Below, piece after piece: positions 8,567-20,396 of a DNA stretch of 45,531 nucleotides (position 1 is its first letter; each line of letters begins with the position of its first letter). The stretch covers positions 428,694 to 474,224 of the forward strand of contig DF236958.1 of the NCBI GenBank assembly GCA_000708835.1. Direction: 5' to 3'. The translations under genes were made by a program, and so were the position numbers. The stretch is from Klebsormidium nitens. Lineage: Eukaryota > Plantae > Klebsormidiophyceae. The notes under the pieces are model-generated. The model was not told the DNA's origin, searched no databases, and was given only the letters and a program-made list of their open reading frames with translations.

Positions 8567-11350
8567 GCAACCCTCCCAGACTGTAAACCAAACTCCGATT
8601 TAAGATCGAGTCTAAGGCCAAGTCGTACTCAAACTTAGAGGGTTTAAGACCGTTCTCATGGGCCAGCAGCTCATCCCAAAGGAACTCTGTTCCTTAGGCT
8701 AGATTGGATTGGATTGTCTCTCTGCACAGTAGAGCCCCTTTTCTCCATGCACCTGATCGGTGTGAGCACAAGAAACTTAGTCAGTAGTGTGTATCTGATG
8801 AGTCCTCCTTGTACTGGTAAGGATTGTCACTTGGATGGAGTGGTTATATAAGTATCCTGATTCCGGGCACCAACCAGAAAGGACTGGACAAACTGTACAT
8901 GCAACATTAAGCAGACATAGTATTTGGATCCGAAGCTCCGAACGGCTGTAGCTTCGCAACAGAATCCTCGACATCGAGGTTTTCTACTAAGTTTTCTTGG
9001 CGCGGTCTCTTGCTGTCCCATCCGGAATGCTATGATGTCGCCTTGCGTTTCCGTAATCCGCTACCCCTACGCTGCTGTCTACTGAATGTCATTCCGAGCA
9101 ACCCATAGCGGCTTGCCTAAGTAGCTACTTCGCGATCTCTCTAGGGTCTGTCATGGCACGCCCTTTGCATATGACGACTCTTGCTCTATCCTGTATACAC
9201 GCCCTCTCAACTACCTTCGTATCTTATTATGCGTAACTGTTGAATTCGAAGTCCGCCTTAAGCTTTGTGCGATCTCTGTGACTGAGTCAATCAGCATGTT
9301 TTCGACTGCAGTTTGACAGTGGTTAGGGCGCAGTTGGAAGCCAAATTGATAGTGCGCGCTTTCACATCGATGTGCACGATCTAAATACACATGAAGGGTT
9401 TAATACCGGCCAATACCCATGGATCGTCGTGTCGCTATCTCTGTGGGACACGTCTTCTCTGCTGCTGGTATCAATCTCCGACTTTGCTTGACGTATGATG
9501 CTAGGACTCATGTGGCAGCAAACGCTGCAGCTGAAGAGAAAAAGGAACCCGACGGGGAACCATTGGAACGTACATCGATCAGAAAAACCCACCTCAAGAT
9601 TAGCAACGATCACATGCTGAACGGCCGATCTGATTAGCGGACTCGTTCGTGGGTTTGAGCGACCTTGATCAGTCGACTTAGGACACTGGGGCTGATCAGG
9701 ATAAAATCTTCCTGCGCTCACGGCCCGGCCACGGTCAAGCGATGCGTTGGTCAAACTTTTAATGCTCAGAGGCCTAGGTCTAAAACAAATGCTGTGAGGA
9801 AGTGTTCTGAGCCGCGGCCATAAGTATGTTGAGGTCTACTCCAAAAGCTTCCTAACCGTGAAAAGCATTGTATGACGCTTGCACTGCGGTTTGCGTCACC
9901 GTATCAGGTTTAGAGTCGTTTCACTTTAGCATCACCACTACGCAACTTTTCGCAAAAATCTAATGGCCGCGGTTCGTGGAGAAGATTTGTCAAAGGATCT
10001 GAAAGCTCAAGCTTATCTCTGCACTTATATTCGGCATGTACAATTTGTGATCAGCAACAGTCAGCAACGGCTTACGAAAGTTACAATTTCAAGGCGAAGC
10101 GGACGAGTCGGCGATCAAATCCGTTCAGGCTATGGTTTGATGCGGAGCCGACAGGTGGTCAGCAGCCAATGTGTCGATCCAACGTACGGCTGTGATGCTG
10201 ATCTGCAATTTGTGAATTGCAGCCCCCAAAAATTGGCGACTTTTGTTCTTTCTGTGGGTCCAAGCTCAAACTTCACATTTGGGTGAACTCGGAGAGTCGG
10301 ATGCAGGAGCTACCTGCAACGACCAATCTTGATTAATACTGAACTTTTCTCTTCAAATATGAAGGCTTTGGTCGGCTTTGGTCAGGCTGCTGCAGGTGCA
10401 CGATCCGCTGCGAAGGACGCCGCGGCCGCGGGTCCGCCTCCGGGCTTCGAGTGCGCCCGGCCGCCCCAGCCCGACTCGGAACTCATACCTTAACCCAGTG
10501 ATTCGTGGTTAATGTTTTTAGTTAATAGAAAATGCAACGCCCACATGCGGCCCCACATACTGGAAATACGAGTACCGTACGGAAATCTGAGCTTAAATAA
10601 CTAGATTTGTAGTTTCATCAGGTTTGTTTCGATAACCTTCTCTAACCTTCTCGGGTCGACCATGGTCCATCTTCTCCCGTTTGCCGTCCGATGTTTCTCA
10701 GTCAACCCATTGCTTGACCTCCACGGTCGATAAAATACGCGCGCATGCAAGGGTCCGAGTCATGGTCAACTTGGTCAACTACTTAGCAAGGGCCAAGGGG
10801 CACCCGGCATTCTGATTCTGTTGTTGATGTCAAAAGAATGGCGCACAATCGGAGTCTCAACGATGCCGCAGGACCCCTATCCATCTGACCCAATCGAAGC
10901 TGGCGTTGACTGCTCCTCTCATAACTTAGTCAGAGGCAAGAAGGGGACATGATGCTGGCGCGCAAAAGAAGCTTTTCTGATGACAGCCTATCGGCGCAGC
11001 ATAGCCCGCGGAACGGATCAGAACAGAGACGGACGAGGAGGATAGCGCCTGAAGGGCAATGCGCAGCAGCAGTTGCATTGGCAGTGGCGCATTACTCTCG
11101 GTGGAGGCTTAGCGACGCCATTGATATAGGGTTACTTAGGTCTTATCCCTGATTCCAGATCCAGTGCAGACAGAATGCTGTGACGCAGCGAGACGCCACA
11201 TTGGAAAAGGGGACCTCTATACGCAGCAGAGAGGAGGTGCCGCAATGAAGTGTACAAGTTTAGGGTTCTACATAATTGGGGCAGGATAAAGCACTGCAAT
11301 TACCATTAAGTAGGGGGCGGGGCGTGGGGGAGAGACCAGGGGCGGCAAGA

Positions 11351-14300
11351 ATGGAGGAGACCACGACGGGCATGCTGCAGAAGCAGTTTGAGGTGCTCAA
11401 GTTTCTGGGCAAGGGCAGCTATGGCAGTGTGCATAAGGTCAAGCGCTTTTCGGACGGGAACACGTATGCCATCAAGGAGTCCAATGTCAAAAATATGGCG
11501 CAGGTACGCAACAAGCGATAAGGCCGCATCTGGTAATCCGTGCAAAGCTTTCCAGAGACTTAGCCATAGCCCACGCTACTTTTAATGGTGCAGGGTCTGT
11601 GGTCCCTGCACTCCTAGAAACTTAAGTCGGGTCCTTGAAGGGAGGCGGAGTGAAGGTCAAGAAGTTGGGGCCCATGGGTTCCATGTCGTTGGCCCTATGA
11701 TTCCATGTTTGCATTGTTTCTGAGGGGCTGAACACCGATGGAAGCCTAGCTTGATGAAGTTGCAGTGCTTTGGAATGGTAATGTAGGAACTTTTTACATT
11801 GGGGCCGCCGTTGAAACATGCGCTGCAGGTCTTGTGGCAACTCTTGGACAGCAGGAAAAGGTTTGGGGGGGTAAACATGCATCATTAGTCCCCTACTATT
11901 CTGGCGGGTAAAACTTGCCCCTGTCACAATGCAAGCGGGCACAGCCTTTTGTGTACAAGCCACTGCGTTGGTCCCCAAGGACCATGGCTATAGAAACAGA
12001 GAAGCATGCCTAGCACTGATACCGCTCTGGCCCAGCTTTGCACAACTAGACACTGTTGAGCACACAAGCGCCGCACTAGTCGCAGCATATGAACATGCAT
12101 TGGAGCACGCCTTGCTGCATATTCAAATCAAGCATATTAAAGGGGCTTCGAGACTCAGGGGCGGGCTAAAAAGCCCACGTTTGCCTCGTCGCTTATGTGT
12201 GCATCTGCTGTGCTCAGGAGGAGAAGATGGACGCGGTGAACGAGATCCGGCTTCTGGCGTCGGTGCGGCACGACAACGTGATCCAGTACCATGAGGCGTT
12301 CATCGACGGGGGCAAGCTGTGCATCGTCATGGAGTTTGCGGAGCACGGGGACCTTGCCAAGGCCATCAAGTGAGCGCTCACAAAGGGGTGGCGGTCAATC
12401 AAGGCCAGCCGCACTACAGAGTTGAAGTTAGGAAGCCACCTCGCTTGGGAAGGCAGCAGAGTACCATCGGGTGGCTCACTCCCTTATTCAGGCCTTACAC
12501 GACTCTTCAAGCTGCTCCCACAAGAGCTCTCTCACTACAAGAGAATGGCCTGCTGGGTTCAGGGGCAATTTGGGCAGCGTCGCATAAGGGGTGATGCAAG
12601 TACAGAGTAATCAAAGAGACGTCATGACACCTTCTTGAAGTCCGGCGTGATGCTCTGATGCAAGCAGGAAGGTTGTCGTCTCTTCTACGATTCTGCTCAA
12701 TCCTGACACACACACGATGCTGCACTGTTGCCTTATCAAGTGTTTCCTAACATGCTCAGCTGAGGCAGTGGAAATGCGTCTAGGAAACTTTCGGCCTTGA
12801 CTATCACCCTCACTGGGTGAGAGGGTGCGTTCCAGACATAGTCGTGGCTTGGATCGTTGTCAGCCGGATGCGTGGTAAGCTGGGGTAACCCCGCGAGCTT
12901 CCTTTGTGCACAGGGACCGGGCACAGCAGCGGAAGCACTTCCCCGAGGAACAGATCTGGTCGTACCTCATCCAGATCTGCCGCGGCCTGCAGGCGCTCCA
13001 CGCAACGCGCATTATCCACAGGTAAGCATGCATTGCTCCCAGCGTGGGTACAAGAACGTGGAACGCGTCAAGTCCTCGTAAGGGCCCCCGCGCAGCTGCC
13101 AACGAGACTCCCAGCTTATGAGTTTCCTACTCAGCGTTTGCTTCGCGCCTTTTCTAGGGTGCTGTCCTTGTTCTTCAAGGAGTATACGCGAAGCTGGGTT
13201 CTGCTTGTCAGCTGGCCTAAGCTGGTGCACTGACGCCTGCGACGGGCCGAGTTGCTCTTCATTGAACCACCCCCCGGCCCTCCATCTCTGGCTGTAAATC
13301 TCATCAAAGCTTCCTACATTTAGAAGTAGCAGAGAGAGTTGGGCTTGGGTTCCGATAAACCTGCTGTTACCGAGATCAGGCGCTGACCCTGGCAAGGTGC
13401 GCGCGTGCAGGGACATCAAGTCGGCGAACATCATGCGGCCGGACAGCAGCCGCGTCAAGATCGGGGACCTGGGCGTCGCCAAAGTGCTCAAGGGCGCCAT
13501 GACCAAGACGCAGATCGGCACGCCCCACTACATGCCGCCCGAGGTGCGCGCGCCAGGCCCTCGATTGCAAGCGGCGGTCTTGAGTTACCGCTCAGCAAAG
13601 CCGTGTTCGTACCCAGCTTCTACTACGATCACCGGTACCCTGGCGACGCATCTTAGCTTCGCGCTTACGGGACGGCCCCTGCTACCAAGTTTCTTGAGAA
13701 AGTGTTGAGTTACCCGCCGGTAGCGTTAAAACGAGCGGTGGATTGGGTTCCAGCTGACAGGGTCTGCGTGCGCGGTGCAGGTGTGGAAGAACAAGCCGTA
13801 CTCGTTCTCGAGCGACATCTGGGCGCTGGGCTGCGTCCTGTTTGAGATGTGCACCTTCAACGTGCCCTTCGAGGCGCGCAGCATGTCCGAGCTGCGCTAC
13901 AAGGTCAGCCGCGCCGCACACCACAGAAACAGACAACGTCTCGCTCCGGACACCGCTCTGGCACCTTTAATTGCCCGTCGATAAGTACTTCTGAGCCGGT
14001 CTGTCGCGGAGTGGGCTCTTGAGCAGGGGAGTAGACCATTCAACCATCAATCGTCGCGACTTATCAACCTGGCAACATGAAAGCATGCGAGGATGGCTGC
14101 TCGTTGACTCGGTTGACCGGACTGCCACTTCCGCAAGTGCGTGCGCTTACCACTACGCTGCCACCATTTTCCTCCGTGGCTTATAGTGGGGTCCCTTGTA
14201 CAGGTGATCCGCGGAACTTATCCCGCCATTCCGGCGGAATACAGCAAAGAACTCGCGCACATGGTGAAGACGTTGCTGAATATCGACCAGGTAAGCACCG

Positions 14301-17165
14301 CCACAACCAGGCTACCAATTGCAGCGGTTTGCGTGAAACCTGTCACGGAGTTTGCGAGCGGAGCACTTGTGTGCACGAAAAATTGGTGCGACATCCGTGC
14401 ACGGTCAGTGACGTCACCAGCAAAACCTTCAGACTCAGGCCGTCAATTACCGTTAAGCGAAGCTAAGGGCGGTAGCAGCCTTTATGACGTCACTAATCGT
14501 GCAAGACAAGGCAGCTCCGATATCGTGCATACCATTAAGATCGTCGGCGACTTCGTACAGGTTTCACGCACACCGCTAACCGACTGCGTTCTTACTCCCT
14601 TGCTCGCCGTTGTTTCCGACTGCGTTCTTACTGCTTCTATGCTTCCAAAGATTGCATGGTGCGTTCTCCTCGCATGTTCCGAACAGCGTCACGTTGACCG
14701 TAGAGCTGTTCGGAAAGGTGTTATTTCCATCTGGAGTCTCCCCCACTCTGTGCTCAATTTTCGAAAATAATAGCAGACAATGGTAGATTTAAAGGCTCTC
14801 TCCAGGCCCGTGGTATTCCCGGGTGGCAAACGCCGACCTTGGAGAGTTCCACCGTATGTTTGGAGTTGACGTGTGGCGCTGTCCTCGCAGGCGACCCGCC
14901 CGAGTGCGGAGCAGGTGCTGGGCATGCCCATCGTGCAGGCGCACATGGCGCTCGCGCCGCCGCTGTCGGTGCCAACATCCGATGGCAAGCCGATGCCCAA
15001 CCCCATGCTGGCCACCATCCAAGGTCGGCCCGCCTCTCGACGTAATCAAGTCTGAGCTTGTAACGAACGAAAGATAGGGACTGCGCGCCGCTCACTATCT
15101 GAGAACTATCGGTTCCGCACTTACGCTTATACCTTCAAATGGTTTTAGATCGCTGCCATATCCTCGGTTAAAAACCTGCAACGCTCCACAATGTACTCAC
15201 AAGGCAAGCTTTGTGGAACTTCTCTCTGGAAGATTTCCTCCTTTTGAGAGGGGCAGTTTTTCTCTGCCATTGACATGCAAAGGGTGATTGCGGGTGGATA
15301 GCTGTGATGTCACTCCAGGCGTTTCGGGTTCGAAGCCGTCTTCCTTGGTGTGTGCAGTCCCCCAAAACCTGCGCCTTCTGAAGGCGAAGCTGCCCCGTCC
15401 CGCCTATCCCAGCAGCGCGCCTTCGACCGCTCCCCCCTCGCGGCCGCCCCTGCCGCCCTCCGCGCCCGCCCCCAGCGCCCTTTCGCGGCAGCCGGTCAAC
15501 GTCGGGGGCAGACTGCCCGGTAAGCCGCCCGGAAGACTGAGGGTCCTCGAAGTCGAGCATCCGCTTTGAGAAACCGAGCGACTTGAGCGGGTATCGTGAG
15601 GATCCTGCCCTCCTCTGCTGGAACTTCAAGACGGCTCGCTAGGATCGTCATCTTTTACGTTGCCGACCACTGAAGGTCGAAAGGCGGTGTTTGAACGCTG
15701 CAAGTCTTGAGAATCCACTTCGAGCTCCGGACCCGATCTTTTGAGCATGATTAACCCTGAGCACAAAGTTAGACCGACCACTTTGTTGTCCGGCCCATCC
15801 CCTCACGATCATAGGAATGGTCTTTGAAGACGTGGCGTTCTTGCGTCTGTCGACGGCTTCAGAAACCTTTACCCCCCTCCTCGTGTTGCAGCCATTGCGA
15901 GCGGTCGATTGTACCAGGGCCCTTCCCCGGGCGCTGGGCGGCCGCCGGCCGGTCCGGCGCAGCCCGCTCTCCGGAACAGCCCCTCCCGCCACGCCGCCCC
16001 GCCGCAGCCGGCGGCAAGCCCAGGCAAGCGCCGGTTACCCTCTCCCAGCACACCGAACGGCTTGCGTCGTACCACAACCAGGCCCATTTATTTACACGAC
16101 AAAATGCATGACGAACGCTCGTAAACCGGCTCCGAGCAATCCCACTCAGAGAGCGATCTAAGCTCGCGAGCTCTTGTCGAAGACTTAAGTGCAGCCCCTG
16201 CATAGTCAACCGCACCAGCTCCTGATCGCTGAGAGAACGAATAAGCAGGGCGAAGCTCCTACGGACTCCGACGGAGGGTTAAAAAACGGTGGCTGACGTC
16301 ATCGGGCGGTGATGTCCTGCAGCGGGCGGTGCGCGGCGGCCTTCCGACCAGTTGGGCGTGATGCCGGGCAAGGACGTGCCGGGGCTGCCCGCCGGGTACA
16401 ACCCGTACGCCAAACCGGGGACCAAGAATGGGCCCTATGCGAAGAGCCCGTACGCACAGGGAGCCACTCGGTAAGCGGAGGCGCGCCTCGGGGCAACGAA
16501 ACGCGGGACGACGGGGTCATGATGCTGGATATTCTGGCAGCCGTGGGAGCAAAAGAGCTTGACCGACTTTGACGATTCATGTTTCAAGTGGCGACAATAG
16601 AAACCTCAATTCGACCAATTTTGAAGTTGAAAGCTTCACGGGAAGACGTTACACGGCACAACGTTTCTGAAACCATTGGCCATATCTCCGGTGCAGGAAT
16701 CCTTACAAGCGTGCGCCCTCAAACGTCAGCCGCGCCCCGGCAGCGGCGGGGAGTGCTTACGGAGCGGCGCCGGCGGCTCGGCAGCCGTCCCCGCGCTTGG
16801 CAGGAGTGGTGGGCAAGGCGACGGGGGCCAGGGCGCAGGTGGGCCGGTCGGGCCGGGAAATCCCCCACGTACTCCGCTGATCCTGTTGCCTTTGTGATTC
16901 TGTTGGCATCTCGTCCCTCATGACAGGTCCGGCTAATAAGTTTGAAAGCGATGCGCCTTCCGTGCGGTAGCTGTTTGCGAATGGCAAGACGGTGGCAAAT
17001 GAATCAACAGGCTGCTGAGATGCGGTCGGCTTCTGGTGTGTGCAGAACGGCGGCTACAGCCGGCAACCGAGCAGCCGCGGTCAGCCGCAGCAGCCGGGCG
17101 CGCCACAGAGGCAACAAGCGCCGGCCGCAGTCCCCCCCGGGAGGATGGCGGGCAGATTCTACTAA
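11351..17165 (+). CDS. NIMA-related (NEK/CNK-type) Ser/Thr kinase with low-complexity tail. Exons 11351-11503, 12218-12369, 12914-13021, 13411-13543, 13781-13903, 14204-14290, 14891-15023, 15358-15519, 15892-16023, 16323-16470, 16697-16838, 17046-17165
   Basis: The spliced product has [75 protein letters not shown] and RPSAEQVL, all NEK-family hallmarks. Exon phases join through to TAA at 17163-17165. The tail exons are less certain than the kinase exons. Confidence 0.93.
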
Positions 17166-18711
17166 GCCATTTAGCCGTGTCAGCGTTGAGTAAGGAGGAA
17201 CGGAGGGCGATCATGTGAGAACCATAAGAGGAAGTAGTGGGGAATCCAAAATCCTAGAGCCCGCCCTTTTTGGGGATGCTCAATTGCTTTATAGCTTAAA
17301 GGTCAAATCTGAAAGCATAGCGAACAGAACTGAGTTTATGGTTCCTAATTGGCAGATAGAACTGACTTGTACATACTACAGGTGACAGCACCAGGTGCTT
17401 ACATTACGAACGTGTCCAGAGAGAGCAAAGCCAAGATGCCATGCACGCAGCCAGCAAGCTGAGTCCGAGGAGGCTAAAGATCAACAGTGCCAACATATTG
17501 AACTCAAGAGCTAGCTAGGTTTCAAGGTGTAATTGCACTTCGAAGCCAGGCTTTGCCAGGTCTTGACTCATAAGTTGTGTTCTAGTAGCCCCTATGTACA
17601 GTTGGACTGCTGGCCATCCGGAAACCGTGATGGATATGCCTTGAAAGCAGGGCCTCCTTATTGAAACTTGCGAGGCTGGCAACGATTGACGTATATCTTC
17701 TAGTTTGCAAGCTGTGCATGTGTCGGTCTGTTCTGGTCATAAACCCGAGCTGGCCATGCCAACTGAGAGTAGGTAAACTGGACAATGGTTGGGCACCGGG
17801 TGCATATTGTCCGTGGATACAATCGTGCTAGGATTTCTGAAAATCTTGAGCAATTATGTAAATATTGCTGAATGCCAATTCGAGTGTTGTGTGCATCACA
17901 TGGCGCATGCTGGGATTATTACCTTAGCCGACCACGGCTCCGAACCGACGTTCAATAAATCATCTAATCTAAATATCTAGACTTGAATATTATCCTAGGC
18001 CTATAAAAGAATAACATAACTGCAGGCCGTCATGTTTCCAGTCGCAACTTTTAGCTCATGGAAGTTGCTTGAATCTGAATTGCAGCATAAAATGTGCGGA
18101 TACATGCAACCATGTATCTACACATGTGGCAAAATCATGCAAGGCAACATGTAGACCAAGCGGCCGTCGCCTTGTCCATGCAGCTCGAGATTTGCATATG
18201 CTCCCTATGAGCGATGTGCAATTTCGAGTCTCCAAAGGAGCACAGTGCTCTGCTGTGTCGTGGTATGCATCCATGGACTGCAGTCACATAGCGGCCTGGT
18301 TTCGATTATGCTGTCAACTTACTAAAGATGCAAGACGAGCTACTATACAAACGGCAAGGTAAGCAACTTGCACAATTCAACATCGCTGGGTTCACCACTT
18401 TTCGCAGATTGCCTGAACCAACCTAAGTTCGCAGGTGCCAGCATTATTGCAAGCTCCAATTGTGACGGAGAAGAAATAATCATGCCGTAGCTGCTCGACC
18501 CTGGCTATAGGCATAACAGCATGCAATCACAGTCTCTTTGCTCCTTGAGAATATAGTCTATCAAATATATGCAGCCTCACAATCTACTGAGAAGCCCTGA
18601 TTAGATGCACCTTTGAAGAAGGTATGTCAATAGCATCATCTACCGCACGTGCCAATAATGAATCAATGGATTCTGTTTGCATGCTCCGTGCTGCTGGGCA
18701 GATCAACATGC

Positions 18712-20054
18712 CTATGCAGTTGCCTCCTTCAAGTACGCAATCAGATCTGCTCTATCCTTTGGCTTCTTGAGTCCTGGAAACACCATTTTTGTGCCTGCCA
18801 AGAAGCGGATAGAAACAGCGATGCTCTTAGTGCCTCCGTCAAAAGAATGTCCTTCAAACATCAGAGGTAAAAGCTGGACTTCCATGACCCGGGTTTATAC
18901 CTGGACCCAACCTGCCTTCTCACAGATCAAAAGCACATAGAACGGGCTGCGAAAAAATGGCCTGAAAGGATGAAAACAATCAACTCCTCTGAGCTTTTTG
19001 CATAGCATCTTAGCTGCTTGTGAAACCCAAGCTAAAAATTTCAAACATTTGCCACCGATTGCTGAGCAACCACTGTCGTCTTTTCATGTTCTTTGCGAGT
19101 GTTCTTTTCCAGGCTGTCTCAACTTTTCCCAGTGTGCCACGTACTGTAAGTAGCGAGCTCATGAAGAAGTGCCGCTGGCTGATTGACAGGGGGCTTACCT
19201 GGGATGTACTTCTTTGGATTCAACAGATACTCGTAAAGTGTTTCCTCTTTCCACTCCACAGCCTTGCTCTTGTTGGCAGCTGAGTAAGAGTAGCCAGCTG
19301 CTGTGCCAGAAGTTCTGCCGAACAGGCCTCCTAGATTTGGGCCTGACATCGCAAAGAGCAAAAGATCGGCATGTTGCTGGAGAAAAGCGCTGATAATGCT
19401 TCCATACGCAAACAACAGAACATCTTTCTGATGTAAGACAGCACTGACCATCTCAGAAGCAGACATATGGACTCAAGAACACAAAGATCTCAACCACCAA
19501 AGCGGACAGGTTCGAGTGCAAGTGCATGCATACCTTGCTTGTGACCTCCACCTTTCTGCAGCAGGAAAGCAAGCAAATTTTTTGATCAGTTGTCAACAGA
19601 GTAGAACGACACAGAAACTCAAAATCATGATAAGCACAAATCATTCGTCACACAAAACATGCTGCACAGGACCTTCATACCAAGCACAGCCACTAGAACT
19701 AGAGAAGTAATCTACAAAAGCGGAAAGATCCAGGAGTGTTGATCATCTTACCTCAGCGACGTGACACTGCGCACACTTGGTCTGCACAGAACCAAGAGAC
19801 TCAATCAGCTTTCTGGCTCATGCGATGCACCGGGGTTCACAACAAAACATGCATCTATTGAAGAGATAGATGTTAGCCAACAGGTTATGCAGACTCTTGC
19901 TATTGCAGCTTCGTGATCAAGGTGTCCCCGGTTACATCCACTGACCACAACATTGAGAGATCACCATCGCGTCAGTTCAGCTCACCTTAAAAGTCTTTCC
20001 ACCTGCTGTTGAATCGCCTGCTGGGGCTTTCGACCAATCAATATTGTCCCCCAT
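18712..20054 (-). CDS. CYTC: Mitochondrial cytochrome c (115 aa). Exons 20054-19986, 19781-19752, 19555-19534, 19342-19199, 18794-18712
   Basis: [115 protein letters not shown]. Contains the CXXCH haem motif, the Met axial ligand in GTKM and the plant-type N-terminal extension. Confidence 0.98.
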
Positions 20055-20396
20055 GCTGCCCCCAGAGTTGTTCGATCCTCACAGTCCCGAAACGAAAGAT
20101 CTGATCTAGCACTCCACTTGCAGAGGAACACGCGCTGTCAAAGCTTCTGTGCTTGAACTTCCGAATCCTGATGTTCCTGTTAGCAAGCTGGTGCACAGAC
20201 GCGCTGATCAGTGATCCGGATTCGCCTTCCTAGCTTTGCAGGCAGCGCGCCTAGTGGCTGGTTTGGCAGAACTAGAGCGAGTCACGATGCAGAGTGACGT
20301 GGCAGTGTCTGCGACAAAAGTGTAACTCTTGCAGCGTTACCACATGACAATCCTTCACCGCTTACCACTGCGAAGCTGCAAAAAGTGGCGGTCATC

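Noticed and set aside
10359-10493. GC-rich 44-codon ORF (MKALVGFGQAAAGARSAAKDAAAAGPPPGF...)
   Set aside because: Too short, no signal peptide or Cys pattern, and no partner exons found. Not a fourth family member.
14141-14770. 209-aa + strand ORF
   Set aside because: Only 14204-14290 is NEK exon; the rest is intron read-through.
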